Positions 18,542-26,475 of a stretch of 64,000 nucleotides of DNA are shown here, in pieces; positions within the stretch are counted from its first letter, which is position 1, and every line of letters begins with the position of its first letter. The stretch comes from Candidatus Caldarchaeum sp. (GTDB taxonomy: Archaea > Thermoproteota > Nitrososphaeria_A > Caldarchaeales > Caldarchaeaceae): NCBI GenBank assembly GCA_038831915.1, contig JAWBKB010000002.1, positions 4,964-68,963 of the forward strand. Reading direction: 5' to 3'. The notes below the pieces were generated by a model. The model saw only the letters and a list, made by a program, of their open reading frames with translations, was not told the DNA's origin and searched no databases. Made by a program: the position numbers and the translations under genes.

Positions 18542-19618
18542 ATGTCTATCGAGACACGTAAAGCAGACCACATAAAAATCAGCCTCGAAAGAGACGTCTC
18601 GTTCAAAAAATCAACCTGGCTTGAATACGTCGAACTTGTTCATCAAGCTGCACCAGACTTTGACCCCGACGAAATCGACACTTCGACGGTTTTTTTGGGT
18701 GAGAAGTTCAGCCATCCGTTCATAATCGAGTCGATGACAGGCGGAACGGATCTGGCTGAAAAAATCAACGCTAACCTTGCGGAAGCTGCTGCAAGGTTTA
18801 ACATACCAATGGGAGTGGGGAGTCAGCGTGCGGGAGTCGTCAAGCCCGAAACAGCAAAAACATTTCGAGTAGCGAGGGACCATGCACCAGACGTTTTTTT
18901 GATTGGAAACATCGGAGCCGCCCAGCTCGTCGAAAAAGGCCTTGACTTCGCTTTTCAAGCCGTGAAAATGATCGACGCCAACGCTCTCGCAATACATTTG
19001 AATCCGTTGCAGGAAATTGTTCAGCCCGACGGTGAACCCAAATTCAAAAACTTCTACAAAATCCTCAAAAGTCTAAAAAAATCGCTGCCAGTTCCGATTA
19101 TTTTGAAAGAGATTGGATGCGGTCTTTCCAGGGAAATAGTTGTGGCAGCTGATAGAGCCGGTGTCGATGCCTTTGATGTGGCCGGCTCGGGTGGAACGAA
19201 TTGGACGTTGATTGAAATGATACGGTCTGAAGCTAGCCAGAGCACTGAGAAAAAATCTCTGGCCGAAGTGTATCTGGAATGGGGTATCCCGACAGCAGCG
19301 GCACTCATTGAATCTGTCAGTGTGACGTCGAAGCCAGTGATTGCTTCGGGGGGTTTACGGACAGGTCTGGATTCAGCAAAATGCATTGCGTTAGGTGCCT
19401 CGATGACTGGATTGGCCAGGCCGTTTCTCGGACCTGCGACCCAGTCATCGGAACAAGTTCTCGCGGTGTTGTCAAAGCTTTCGAACGAGTTGAAGACCGC
19501 GATGTATCTAACGAGTTCGAGAACAATCAAGGATTTACGCAGAGCTCCGAAAGTTTTGATGGGGCCTCTGAGTGAATGGGCGTCGCAAAGGATTATTCGT
19601 GGCAGAAAACGAAGATAG
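18542..19618 (+). CDS. fni: Isopentenyl-diphosphate delta-isomerase, type 2 (FMN-dependent)
   Basis: 358 aa. RKADHIKISL, SMTGG, flavin-binding TIM-barrel motifs typical of IDI-2. Confidence 0.85.
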   Translation: MSIETRKADHIKISLERDVSFKKSTWLEYVELVHQAAPDFDPDEIDTSTVFLGEKFSHPFIIESMTGGTDLAEKINANLAEAAARFNIPMGVGSQRAGVVKPETAKTFRVARDHAPDVFLIGNIGAAQLVEKGLDFAFQAVKMIDANALAIHLNPLQEIVQPDGEPKFKNFYKILKSLKKSLPVPIILKEIGCGLSREIVVAADRAGVDAFDVAGSGGTNWTLIEMIRSEASQSTEKKSLAEVYLEWGIPTAAALIESVSVTSKPVIASGGLRTGLDSAKCIALGASMTGLARPFLGPATQSSEQVLAVLSKLSNELKTAMYLTSSRTIKDLRRAPKVLMGPLSEWASQRIIRGRKRR

Positions 19619-21320
19619 GCTCCTCTCGGCTATCCCGCCTTACAAACCCATATCTCTCAAACTGTACAACTCCATCGAATGGTACCGATTCAACCGCTTT
19701 TTCACCCAGGCCTTTCTCCAACCACAAGCTGTCACGGTTTATCGACCCATCAACGGCGAAAAGGTCTCCGTAACGCAAAACCTTAACCTCTGTATTTTCT
19801 TCGGAAACCCACTGAATAATTAGTCCTTCCTTGAGCGGAGGACCTGAAATGACTTCTCCGACCAAGCGGTCATCATATTTTTCTATCAACTTTATGTTGG
19901 CGTAAAGTTTGCAGCGGAACACGGAACCCGGCCTCAGTGCCTGCGTGTCTCTACGAGAAATGTAGACAGTGTCTTTAACTTTGATTATGCGTTTTCCAAA
20001 GTCGGCAGAAGGATGAAATGGTATTTCAACCTCTTTCGGCTCGGCGTTTATCAGCTCGACTTTCACAGGGTCGATGACGAAAAAGTATCTTTGCGCCAAT
20101 GGGTCTAGAATTTTCCTGTTGATGCTGTGTAGCAGGCTCCAGTCGTATTCTTTCTTAGCGGTGCTAACTCCCGCATAGCTGTATGTAAATTCTCGGAGTG
20201 TTTCAGGCCTGATCCCTCTTCTTTTGACGGCTTCAATTGTGGAAAGACGAGGGTCATCCCATCCTGTGACGATTCCCTTTTCAATCAAGCTTCTGATCTC
20301 ACGTTTAGACGTGGTAACTCCGCGGAACTCGAATCGCGCGAATTCCACGTAAACAGGGTTGGGAAGATTTAGGAAGCTCCGTATCATGTTTTGAAGCTCG
20401 TCACGAAAGGCGAATTCACTGCTCCGCAACACATGCGTCACACCGCATAAAGCGTCCTGAACTGCTGCGGCGAAATCGTAGGTGGGCCAAAGCCGGTAAT
20501 CCCTGCCTTTCAAAGGATGAGGATGGTCTACAATCCGGAACATGACCGGGTCGCGTAATGCTGTGTTGGGACTGTCATGCACCCCTCTGAGCCTAAACGA
20601 AATTTCACCCTCACGATAATGTCCAGCCAAAACTTTGTCCCAGATTTCAAGCGATTCATCGGTCGGCATGTCTCGGTGCTCGCAAATAGACGCCGTAGCT
20701 CTCTGATAGTGCATTTGTTCAGCGCTGCAGAAGCATGGATAAAGAACCGAGCGACGAATCAACGCCGTCGCATATTCATAATACTTCTCCATGTCATCGG
20801 AGTTGTTTTTCTCATAATCCCATTCGATTCCAAGCCATCGATATCCCTTGCGGAAGCTATCATAGTAGACGAGGTTTGCTTTCCGGGGGTTCGTGTCTTC
20901 AAACCTTAGCCAGAGCTTGCCGTGGTAATGTCGTGCGTAATATTCGTTAATTAGTCCGGCGATGGCGTGACCTAGGTGCATGTAGCCGCTGGGCTCCGGT
21001 GGTAGACGTGTAACTACCCGGCCCCTCTGAGCTGCCGGCAGCTCAGGTAGTCGCCGCTCTTCAACCACAGTGGGTTTTTTGCTCGGTTCACCATATCTTT
21101 CGACCAATATTCTCTTCTGCGTCTCCAAATCCAACGCGTTGACTTCATCAACGACTTCAGCGACGACTTGCTTCAATTCGCGGGCCTTCGGCCTGAGTAA
21201 TACGTCTTCACCTAAGATTTTAGAGAGAACGGAGTTGGCCGCGGCCTTTCCGCCGTGTTCGACCGCGTTCCTTAAAGCAACCATGAAGATTTTTTCCCGG
21301 ATGTCCTGCATCCCATTCAT
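19593..21320 (-). CDS. gltX: Glutamyl-tRNA synthetase (archaeal-type, non-discriminating possible)
   Basis: 575 aa. Class-I HIGH motif region PEPSGYMHLGHAIAG; archaeal/eukaryal GluRS length and architecture. Confidence 0.85.
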   Translation of the reverse strand: MNGMQDIREKIFMVALRNAVEHGGKAAANSVLSKILGEDVLLRPKARELKQVVAEVVDEVNALDLETQKRILVERYGEPSKKPTVVEERRLPELPAAQRGRVVTRLPPEPSGYMHLGHAIAGLINEYYARHYHGKLWLRFEDTNPRKANLVYYDSFRKGYRWLGIEWDYEKNNSDDMEKYYEYATALIRRSVLYPCFCSAEQMHYQRATASICEHRDMPTDESLEIWDKVLAGHYREGEISFRLRGVHDSPNTALRDPVMFRIVDHPHPLKGRDYRLWPTYDFAAAVQDALCGVTHVLRSSEFAFRDELQNMIRSFLNLPNPVYVEFARFEFRGVTTSKREIRSLIEKGIVTGWDDPRLSTIEAVKRRGIRPETLREFTYSYAGVSTAKKEYDWSLLHSINRKILDPLAQRYFFVIDPVKVELINAEPKEVEIPFHPSADFGKRIIKVKDTVYISRRDTQALRPGSVFRCKLYANIKLIEKYDDRLVGEVISGPPLKEGLIIQWVSEENTEVKVLRYGDLFAVDGSINRDSLWLEKGLGEKAVESVPFDGVVQFERYGFVRRDSREEPIFVFCHE

Positions 21321-21354
21321 AGTTGTGCAAGAACCTTTTTAGTGGTGCGTGACG

Positions 21355-21375
21355 GGTTTATTTATTAATTTAGCG
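21355..21375. promoter_or_regulatory. AT-rich divergent promoter region between gltX (minus) and L7Ae (plus)
   Basis: gtttatttattaatttagcg in the 106-bp divergent intergenic spacer. Confidence 0.3.
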
Positions 21376-21426
21376 CGATAAGCTTTAAGTTATGCATGTT
21401 ATTGTTAGTCGGGGAGATGAAGGCCC

Positions 21427-21807
21427 ATGCCCAATCCATACTACCAAACTTTCTCGCCTCCTGAGGAACTGATGACCGCGTCGCTAGAGGCAGTAAGGCT
21501 AGCTCGGACAAGTGGAAAGATAAAAAAGGGTGTCAATGAAGTCATTAAAGCCATTGAGAGAGGTCAGGCAAAATTTGTCGTGATAGCGACCGATGTCGAC
21601 CCGCCGGAAATTGTTGCGTTCCTTCCGACGTTATGCGAGGAAAGAAAGATAAACTACATTTTCGTCAACTCGAAGGCCCAGCTGGGAGAAGTGGCGGGGC
21701 TTTCCGTTCCAGCGAGTTCCGTCGCGATAGTTGACCCTGGTGAAGCTAAAGGATACTTGGAGGAGATTGCGAAGAAGGTCAGCGAAATTCGTTCGAAGAA
21801 ACAGTAG
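21427..21807 (+). CDS. rpl7ae: 50S ribosomal protein L7Ae
   Basis: 126 aa. [35 protein letters not shown] matches the L7Ae/L30e kink-turn binder. Confidence 0.9.
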   Translation: MPNPYYQTFSPPEELMTASLEAVRLARTSGKIKKGVNEVIKAIERGQAKFVVIATDVDPPEIVAFLPTLCEERKINYIFVNSKAQLGEVAGLSVPASSVAIVDPGEAKGYLEEIAKKVSEIRSKKQ

Positions 21808-21817
21808 GTGAATAGTT

Positions 21818-22042
21818 ATGAGCACGAAAGCTCCGCCGAAAGTCGAAGAACCAATTCCAGCTGTCGTCGAGCAGGTAGTTGGCAGGACAGGTGTTACCGG
21901 TGAGGTCACTCAAGTACGTGTCCGGATTCTCAAAGGCAAGGACGAAGGACGCGTCATTTCCAGAAACGTAAAGGGGCCTGTCAGAGTCGGAGACATCCTG
22001 ATGTTGCTCGACGTAGAGAGAGAAGCCGAAAAAATCAAGTGA
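21818..22042 (+). CDS. rps28e: 30S ribosomal protein S28e
   Basis: 74 aa. [47 protein letters not shown]. Confidence 0.9.
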   Translation: MSTKAPPKVEEPIPAVVEQVVGRTGVTGEVTQVRVRILKGKDEGRVISRNVKGPVRVGDILMLLDVEREAEKIK

Positions 22043-22047
22043 TCCAA

Positions 22048-22221
22048 GATGGTTACAGTGCATAAATGTTCATTTTGCGGGCGGGAATTCATTCACGGAC
22101 GAGGAATGCTATTCGTTAGAAACGACGGCACGTTGCTTTGGTTTTGCTCTCGAAGATGCAGAATATACATGGTCGAACATCGCAAAGACCCGCGGAAAAT
22201 CAAATGGACAAAAACATCGTG
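22048..22221 (+). CDS. rpl24e: 50S ribosomal protein L24e
   Basis: Not in the ORF track (57 aa). Manual translation [57 protein letters not shown] is the L24e zinc-binding signature. Confidence 0.85.
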
Positions 22222-22234
22222 AAACGGTGGTTAA

Positions 22235-22651
22235 ATGGAACGGACATTCGTCATTTTAAAACCGAAAGCCGTTCAAAGAGGCTTAGTTGGCGAAATTATT
22301 GCACGATTTGAAAGGAAAGGCCTGCGACTGGTTGAGATGCAGATGAAACAGATGACTCGGGAGGAAGCCGCCCGGCTTTATGAAGTGCATAGAGGTAAGC
22401 CATTTTACGATGACCTTATCAAAGTTATGACTTCAGGCCCCGTTGTTTTAATGGTCCTCGAGGGACGGCAGGCAGTTGAGGTAGTGCGTAAGCTGATTGG
22501 AGCCACTGACCCTGTGAAAGCCGAGCCCGGAACAATTCGCGGTGACTATGGACTTGAAATCACCGACAACCTTGTTCATGCGTCTGACAGCGGAGAATCT
22601 TTTGAAAGAGAATCGGTGATTTTTTTCCAGAGTCTGGGGAAAACACATTAA
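22235..22651 (+). CDS. ndk: Nucleoside diphosphate kinase
   Basis: 138 aa. [28 protein letters not shown] and NLVHASDS (catalytic His). Confidence 0.9.
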   Translation: MERTFVILKPKAVQRGLVGEIIARFERKGLRLVEMQMKQMTREEAARLYEVHRGKPFYDDLIKVMTSGPVVLMVLEGRQAVEVVRKLIGATDPVKAEPGTIRGDYGLEITDNLVHASDSGESFERESVIFFQSLGKTH

Positions 22652-22675
22652 GCGGCTAAACGCTCTCACACGGGA

Positions 22676-23914
22676 ATGCCTTTACCGAAACAGCCTGAAG
22701 TTAACATAGGCACGCTAGGACATGTCGACAACGGCAAAAGCACGATCGTGCAAAGCATTACGGGTGTTTGGACTGCCAAACACAGCGAAGAACTGAAACG
22801 GGGAATCACCATACGGATAGGCTATGCTGACGCTGCTATCTACAGGTGCCCGCTATGCACAGCTCCCTACGACCATTACCCGACCAGCAAATGTCCAGTC
22901 CATGGTGTAGACACCGAGTTCCAACGAGTGATTTCCTTCATAGATTGTCCTGGTCATCATTCGCTGATGGTGACCATGCTCTCGGGAGCGGCGTTGTTTG
23001 ACGGAGCGATTTTCGTGGCTGACGTCAGGCAGAAATTTCCACAGCCTCAGGACAACGAACATTTACAGGCTGCAAAAATACTCGGAATAAAAAACCTCGT
23101 CATCGCTCAGAACAAAATCGACCTCGTAGACAAAACCCGCGCCTTAGAAAACTACGTTGAAATATCCGATTTCCTGGCTCAAAATGGGTATGAACGTGTT
23201 CCGATAATTCCTGTTTCAGGACAGCATGGAATAGGCATCGAACCGCTGCTCTACGCTATCCAGAAATTGGTTAAAACCCCGCCTCGCGACCCTTCAAAAC
23301 CTTCCCGCATGCCGGTGCTCCGCTCGTTTGACGTTAACGTTCCAGGCACCCCTGCGAAGGAGATTAAAGGCGCTGTAATCGGAGGCTCGATAACTCAAGG
23401 AGTGATAAGAAAAGGAGACGAACTCGAAATACTTCCGGGTATCGCCCGGCAAAAGATGGGGAAAACGGTTTACGAACCGCTTTACACAGAAGTGACCAAT
23501 TTGATGGCAGGTGGTAGAAATGTTGACGAAGCTTACCCAGGAGGTTTGACAGGAATCGAGACAACACTCGACCCGTCCATCGGTAAAAGCGACGGCCTCG
23601 TCGGAAACGTTGCCGGCAAACCTGGAACACTGCCTCCGGTGTTGAATTCACTCACGCTTGAATACTCCTTATTCGAAAAAGTTCTCGGAGTTGAAGGGGA
23701 CGTAGCTGTCAAACAAATAGTGGAAAAGGAAGCATTAGTCGTTAACATTGCTTCAGCTGTTTCGAGCGGAATTGTCACCAAAAGGTCATCAAGCAGGCTT
23801 GAAATTCTGTTGTCAAGACCCGTGGTCGCGGAACCCAGAAGCAAAGCAGCGATTTCGCGAAAAATAGGCACTGGATGGCGTTTGATCGGATACGGCACAG
23901 TTGTGGGAAGTTAG
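22676..23914 (+). CDS. eif2g: Translation initiation factor 2 gamma subunit (aIF2-gamma)
   Basis: 412 aa. G1 GHVDNGKST, zinc knuckle CPLC...CPVHG, G3 DCPGH, G4 NKID. Confidence 0.9.
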   Translation: MPLPKQPEVNIGTLGHVDNGKSTIVQSITGVWTAKHSEELKRGITIRIGYADAAIYRCPLCTAPYDHYPTSKCPVHGVDTEFQRVISFIDCPGHHSLMVTMLSGAALFDGAIFVADVRQKFPQPQDNEHLQAAKILGIKNLVIAQNKIDLVDKTRALENYVEISDFLAQNGYERVPIIPVSGQHGIGIEPLLYAIQKLVKTPPRDPSKPSRMPVLRSFDVNVPGTPAKEIKGAVIGGSITQGVIRKGDELEILPGIARQKMGKTVYEPLYTEVTNLMAGGRNVDEAYPGGLTGIETTLDPSIGKSDGLVGNVAGKPGTLPPVLNSLTLEYSLFEKVLGVEGDVAVKQIVEKEALVVNIASAVSSGIVTKRSSSRLEILLSRPVVAEPRSKAAISRKIGTGWRLIGYGTVVGS

Positions 23915-24301
23915 TTGAAGGTTTTAGTTGACACAAGTTTTTTGCTGCTTTGTGTTGAAAAAGGTAAGGATTTTTTCAGCATGCTGGAAAACAAAACAGC
24001 TGAAAGAATCGAGCCAGTCGTCCCCTCAGAAGTATTAAGCGAGCTGAAACGATTGGCGGCGAAAAGAGGTAAAAAGTCGAAAATGGCTTTGGCCGCTCTT
24101 CAAATTGCCGAAACTATGGAAAAGTTGGCGATGGAACATGAAGGCTCGGTCGACGATGCGCTGATATATTACGCCAAGAAAACAAACCATCCCATATTGA
24201 CTTCCGACGCTAAACTTATGAAAAAACTTGCTTCGGAAAAAATTGAATATCTGACGGTTTCTTCAGCCGGAAAACCCATAGTTAGGCTTAAATTCCGTTG
24301 A
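23915..24301 (+). CDS. PIN-domain protein (conserved neighbour of aIF2-gamma)
   Basis: 128 aa. N-terminal MKVLVDTSFLL acidic PIN start and a conserved D in ILTSDAKL; position downstream of aIF2-gamma is conserved in archaea. Confidence 0.6.
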   Translation: MKVLVDTSFLLLCVEKGKDFFSMLENKTAERIEPVVPSEVLSELKRLAAKRGKKSKMALAALQIAETMEKLAMEHEGSVDDALIYYAKKTNHPILTSDAKLMKKLASEKIEYLTVSSAGKPIVRLKFR

Positions 24302-24351
24302 AAACATCGCTAGAGAGTTAACGATGGCAAGAGGGTGTAGGCGATTTGTTC

Positions 24352-24909
24352 ATGATAGTTGAAGTTTCAGAGATAGTTGGTATTTCACCTGACAGTTTCG
24401 ACAAACCTCTTGAAAAGGTGGTTTTGGAAAAATTGAGGAAAAGATACGAAGGCTCTGTCGACGAAGAGCTAGGCTACGTCATCATGGTTTTCGACGCAAA
24501 AGTTGAGAAAGTAGGCCGGTTACTTCCCCGAGACGGCTCAACATATCACCGGAGCACTTTCAAGTTGCTAACATACGTTCCACTGCTCAACGAAGTTGTC
24601 GTTGGCGAAGTTGTGGAGATCACCGATTTTGGATGCTTCGTCAGAATCGGCCCTCTCGACGGCTTACTCCACATCTCACAAATCATGGACGACTACATCA
24701 CATATGACGAGAAAAACAACATGCTTGTCGGGAAGAAAACAGGTCGAAAACTCACCGTTGGGGATGATGTGCGTGGAAGAGTGAACGCGGTTTCCCTGAC
24801 GGGAGGAGCTGGAGGAAAAGTTTCGCTGGTCACTCGTCAACCCATGATGGGAGCATTAAAATGGATAGAAGAAGACTTGGCTAAGATGGTGCAGTCAAGT
24901 GTCGGTTAA
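24352..24909 (+). CDS. rpoE1: DNA-directed RNA polymerase subunit E' (Rpo7)
   Basis: N-terminal MIVEVSEIVGISP and S1-domain core GEVVEITDFGCFVRIGPLDGLLHISQ. The ORF track starts two codons upstream at 24346. Confidence 0.8.
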   Translation: MIVEVSEIVGISPDSFDKPLEKVVLEKLRKRYEGSVDEELGYVIMVFDAKVEKVGRLLPRDGSTYHRSTFKLLTYVPLLNEVVVGEVVEITDFGCFVRIGPLDGLLHISQIMDDYITYDEKNNMLVGKKTGRKLTVGDDVRGRVNAVSLTGGAGGKVSLVTRQPMMGALKWIEEDLAKMVQSSVG

Positions 24910-25090
24910 GCCTAAGGCATGTAGGAATTGCAGAAGAATCGTCGTCGGGAAGACGTGTGATGTATGCGGTTCTTCAAACCTAAGCACCAGTTTTTCCGGG
25001 TTGTTGCTGGTCTTAGACGTAGAGCGTTCACAGATAGCCAAGGAACTTGGAATAAGGAAGACTGGAAGATACGCGGTCAAGGTTGACTGA
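24899..25090 (+). CDS. spt4: Transcription elongation factor Spt4 / RNA polymerase subunit E''
   Basis: 63 aa. Zn ribbon CRNCRRIV...CDVCG and NusG-binding C-terminal part. Confidence 0.75.
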   Translation: MSVKPKACRNCRRIVVGKTCDVCGSSNLSTSFSGLLLVLDVERSQIAKELGIRKTGRYAVKVD

Positions 25091-25589
25091 CCTCTGGAAA
25101 AAACCAATCATCTTTACGGAACAATTGAGGGAAAAAGTTAGGAAGCCGTTCGGCGAGCTGAAAAAAGGCGACATCCAATACAACGCAGAATTGGCTATAG
25201 CCGACCTGTTAGTTGTGGTGGGTGATTATTCGTTCCGCAAACTTGTCGAAGCCGGAATAAGACCTCACGTCGTTGTGGTCGACGGGAAAATAGAACGCGG
25301 TGTGGTTGGAACACCGGACCTAGCCGGATATTCTATTGTCAAGGTTCGGAATCAAGCGGGAATGGTCGAACCTGAAGCCGCGGCAGCTGTGGTTGAAGCT
25401 ATCATGAAGCGCGGCGGCGCCGTTTTGGTGGATGGTGAAGAAGATTTGCTAGCTTTGCCGGCGATGTACGCGCTTCCAAACGGCGGACTGCTCATCTATG
25501 GACAACCCAAAGTTGGTTACGTAGTGGTAAGGGGGTCAGAAGAAGTTAGACGAAAAGTGGTTGAAATCGTGAATCGCGCTATTCCTTGA
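25083..25589 (+). CDS. DUF359 family protein (archaeal GTP-dependent dephospho-CoA kinase-like)
   Basis: 168 aa. Conserved position next to spt4; VVVGDYSF...VVVVDGKIERG resembles the DUF359/COG1909 family. Confidence 0.6.
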   Translation: MTDLWKKPIIFTEQLREKVRKPFGELKKGDIQYNAELAIADLLVVVGDYSFRKLVEAGIRPHVVVVDGKIERGVVGTPDLAGYSIVKVRNQAGMVEPEAAAAVVEAIMKRGGAVLVDGEEDLLALPAMYALPNGGLLIYGQPKVGYVVVRGSEEVRRKVVEIVNRAIP

Positions 25590-25737
25590 ATTTGGTGTAT
25601 CCGCATTTTCCGCATGTGTATCGGTTGCCATGGTCTGCCATGAAAAACCCAGACCCACATCTCGGACATGAGACAAGATTTCTCGTTAACTTGTTATTGA
25701 CGATACTGTATCTTTTCCAGAGACCTTCCATGCTCAT
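25579..25737 (-). CDS. rps27ae: 30S ribosomal protein S27ae
   Basis: Not in the ORF track (52 aa). Reverse-strand translation MSMEGLWKRYSIVNNKLTRNLVSCPRCGSGFFMADHGNRYTCGKCGYTKFKE has the C4 zinc ribbon. Its ATG overlaps the S24e stop. Confidence 0.8.
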   Translation of the reverse strand: MSMEGLWKRYSIVNNKLTRNLVSCPRCGSGFFMADHGNRYTCGKCGYTKFKE

Positions 25738-26024
25738 TTCTTCGGCTTCTCCGCTAAGTTGTTTCTGATAAGGATATGCAAGGGCTCGAATGCCTTGATA
25801 CTGTCGAGCGAGTCATAGATGTGCGCCTTTACGTCGATGAGCCTCGTCCCCGTTAGATAAGACATTTTTCTGATGACGATGTTGTTGACGTCTGTTTTGA
25901 AATGTTCTGCTAATAATTGTCTAACTTCATCACGCTTCACAGGTTTATCGTAGGCGATTTTACCGCTGACTTCCTTTCGACCGACAAGCTTGTTTTCAAT
26001 CATTCTAATGTCGGTCAGCGACAT
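25734..26024 (-). CDS. rps24e: 30S ribosomal protein S24e
   Basis: 96 aa. ENKLVGRKEVSGKIAYDKPVKRDEVRQLLAEHF. Confidence 0.85.
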   Translation of the reverse strand: MSLTDIRMIENKLVGRKEVSGKIAYDKPVKRDEVRQLLAEHFKTDVNNIVIRKMSYLTGTRLIDVKAHIYDSLDSIKAFEPLHILIRNNLAEKPKK

Positions 26025-26025
26025 A

Positions 26026-26436
26026 TCACCCCTCCTTCTTCACTAAAACGGCGTTAATCTGTGCGGTGGCTTCGCTGATCATGTTTCCTCTGACCGTGAC
26101 TCGTTTCCTTAAACCTTTAACGAGTCTTTTTATCCTTTTCTTCTTACGCTTCGACGGAGGTTTTCGTCTTGGATGAAAACCTACGCCTCCCGTTAGAAGG
26201 ACATGGACTTTCCTGGGCCCGGATACATCGGGTCTCATCGGAAATCCGTCTTTATCCGAACCTCCTGTTATTTTGATGAGAAACCCCTTGTATCCAAAGG
26301 CGGAACCGTCAATCGTTTCGCCTATTCTCTTTCCTTTGAGAAGGCTGAATTGCTGCGGTGTGAGCTGTATCGTTGACGCTTTCTTCTGCCAAGGGTCTGA
26401 CAGAACCATTCGCGGGCCGGCTGCTTGTTGCGACAT
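26026..26436 (-). CDS. rps6e: 30S ribosomal protein S6e
   Basis: 136 aa. GFPMRPDVSGPRKVHVLLTGGVGFHPRRK and a basic C-terminus. Confidence 0.85.
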   Translation of the reverse strand: MSQQAAGPRMVLSDPWQKKASTIQLTPQQFSLLKGKRIGETIDGSAFGYKGFLIKITGGSDKDGFPMRPDVSGPRKVHVLLTGGVGFHPRRKPPSKRKKKRIKRLVKGLRKRVTVRGNMISEATAQINAVLVKKEG

Positions 26437-26475
26437 CTAACAACTGAAGCCTTTCGTCAGCAATTTAAACATGTG

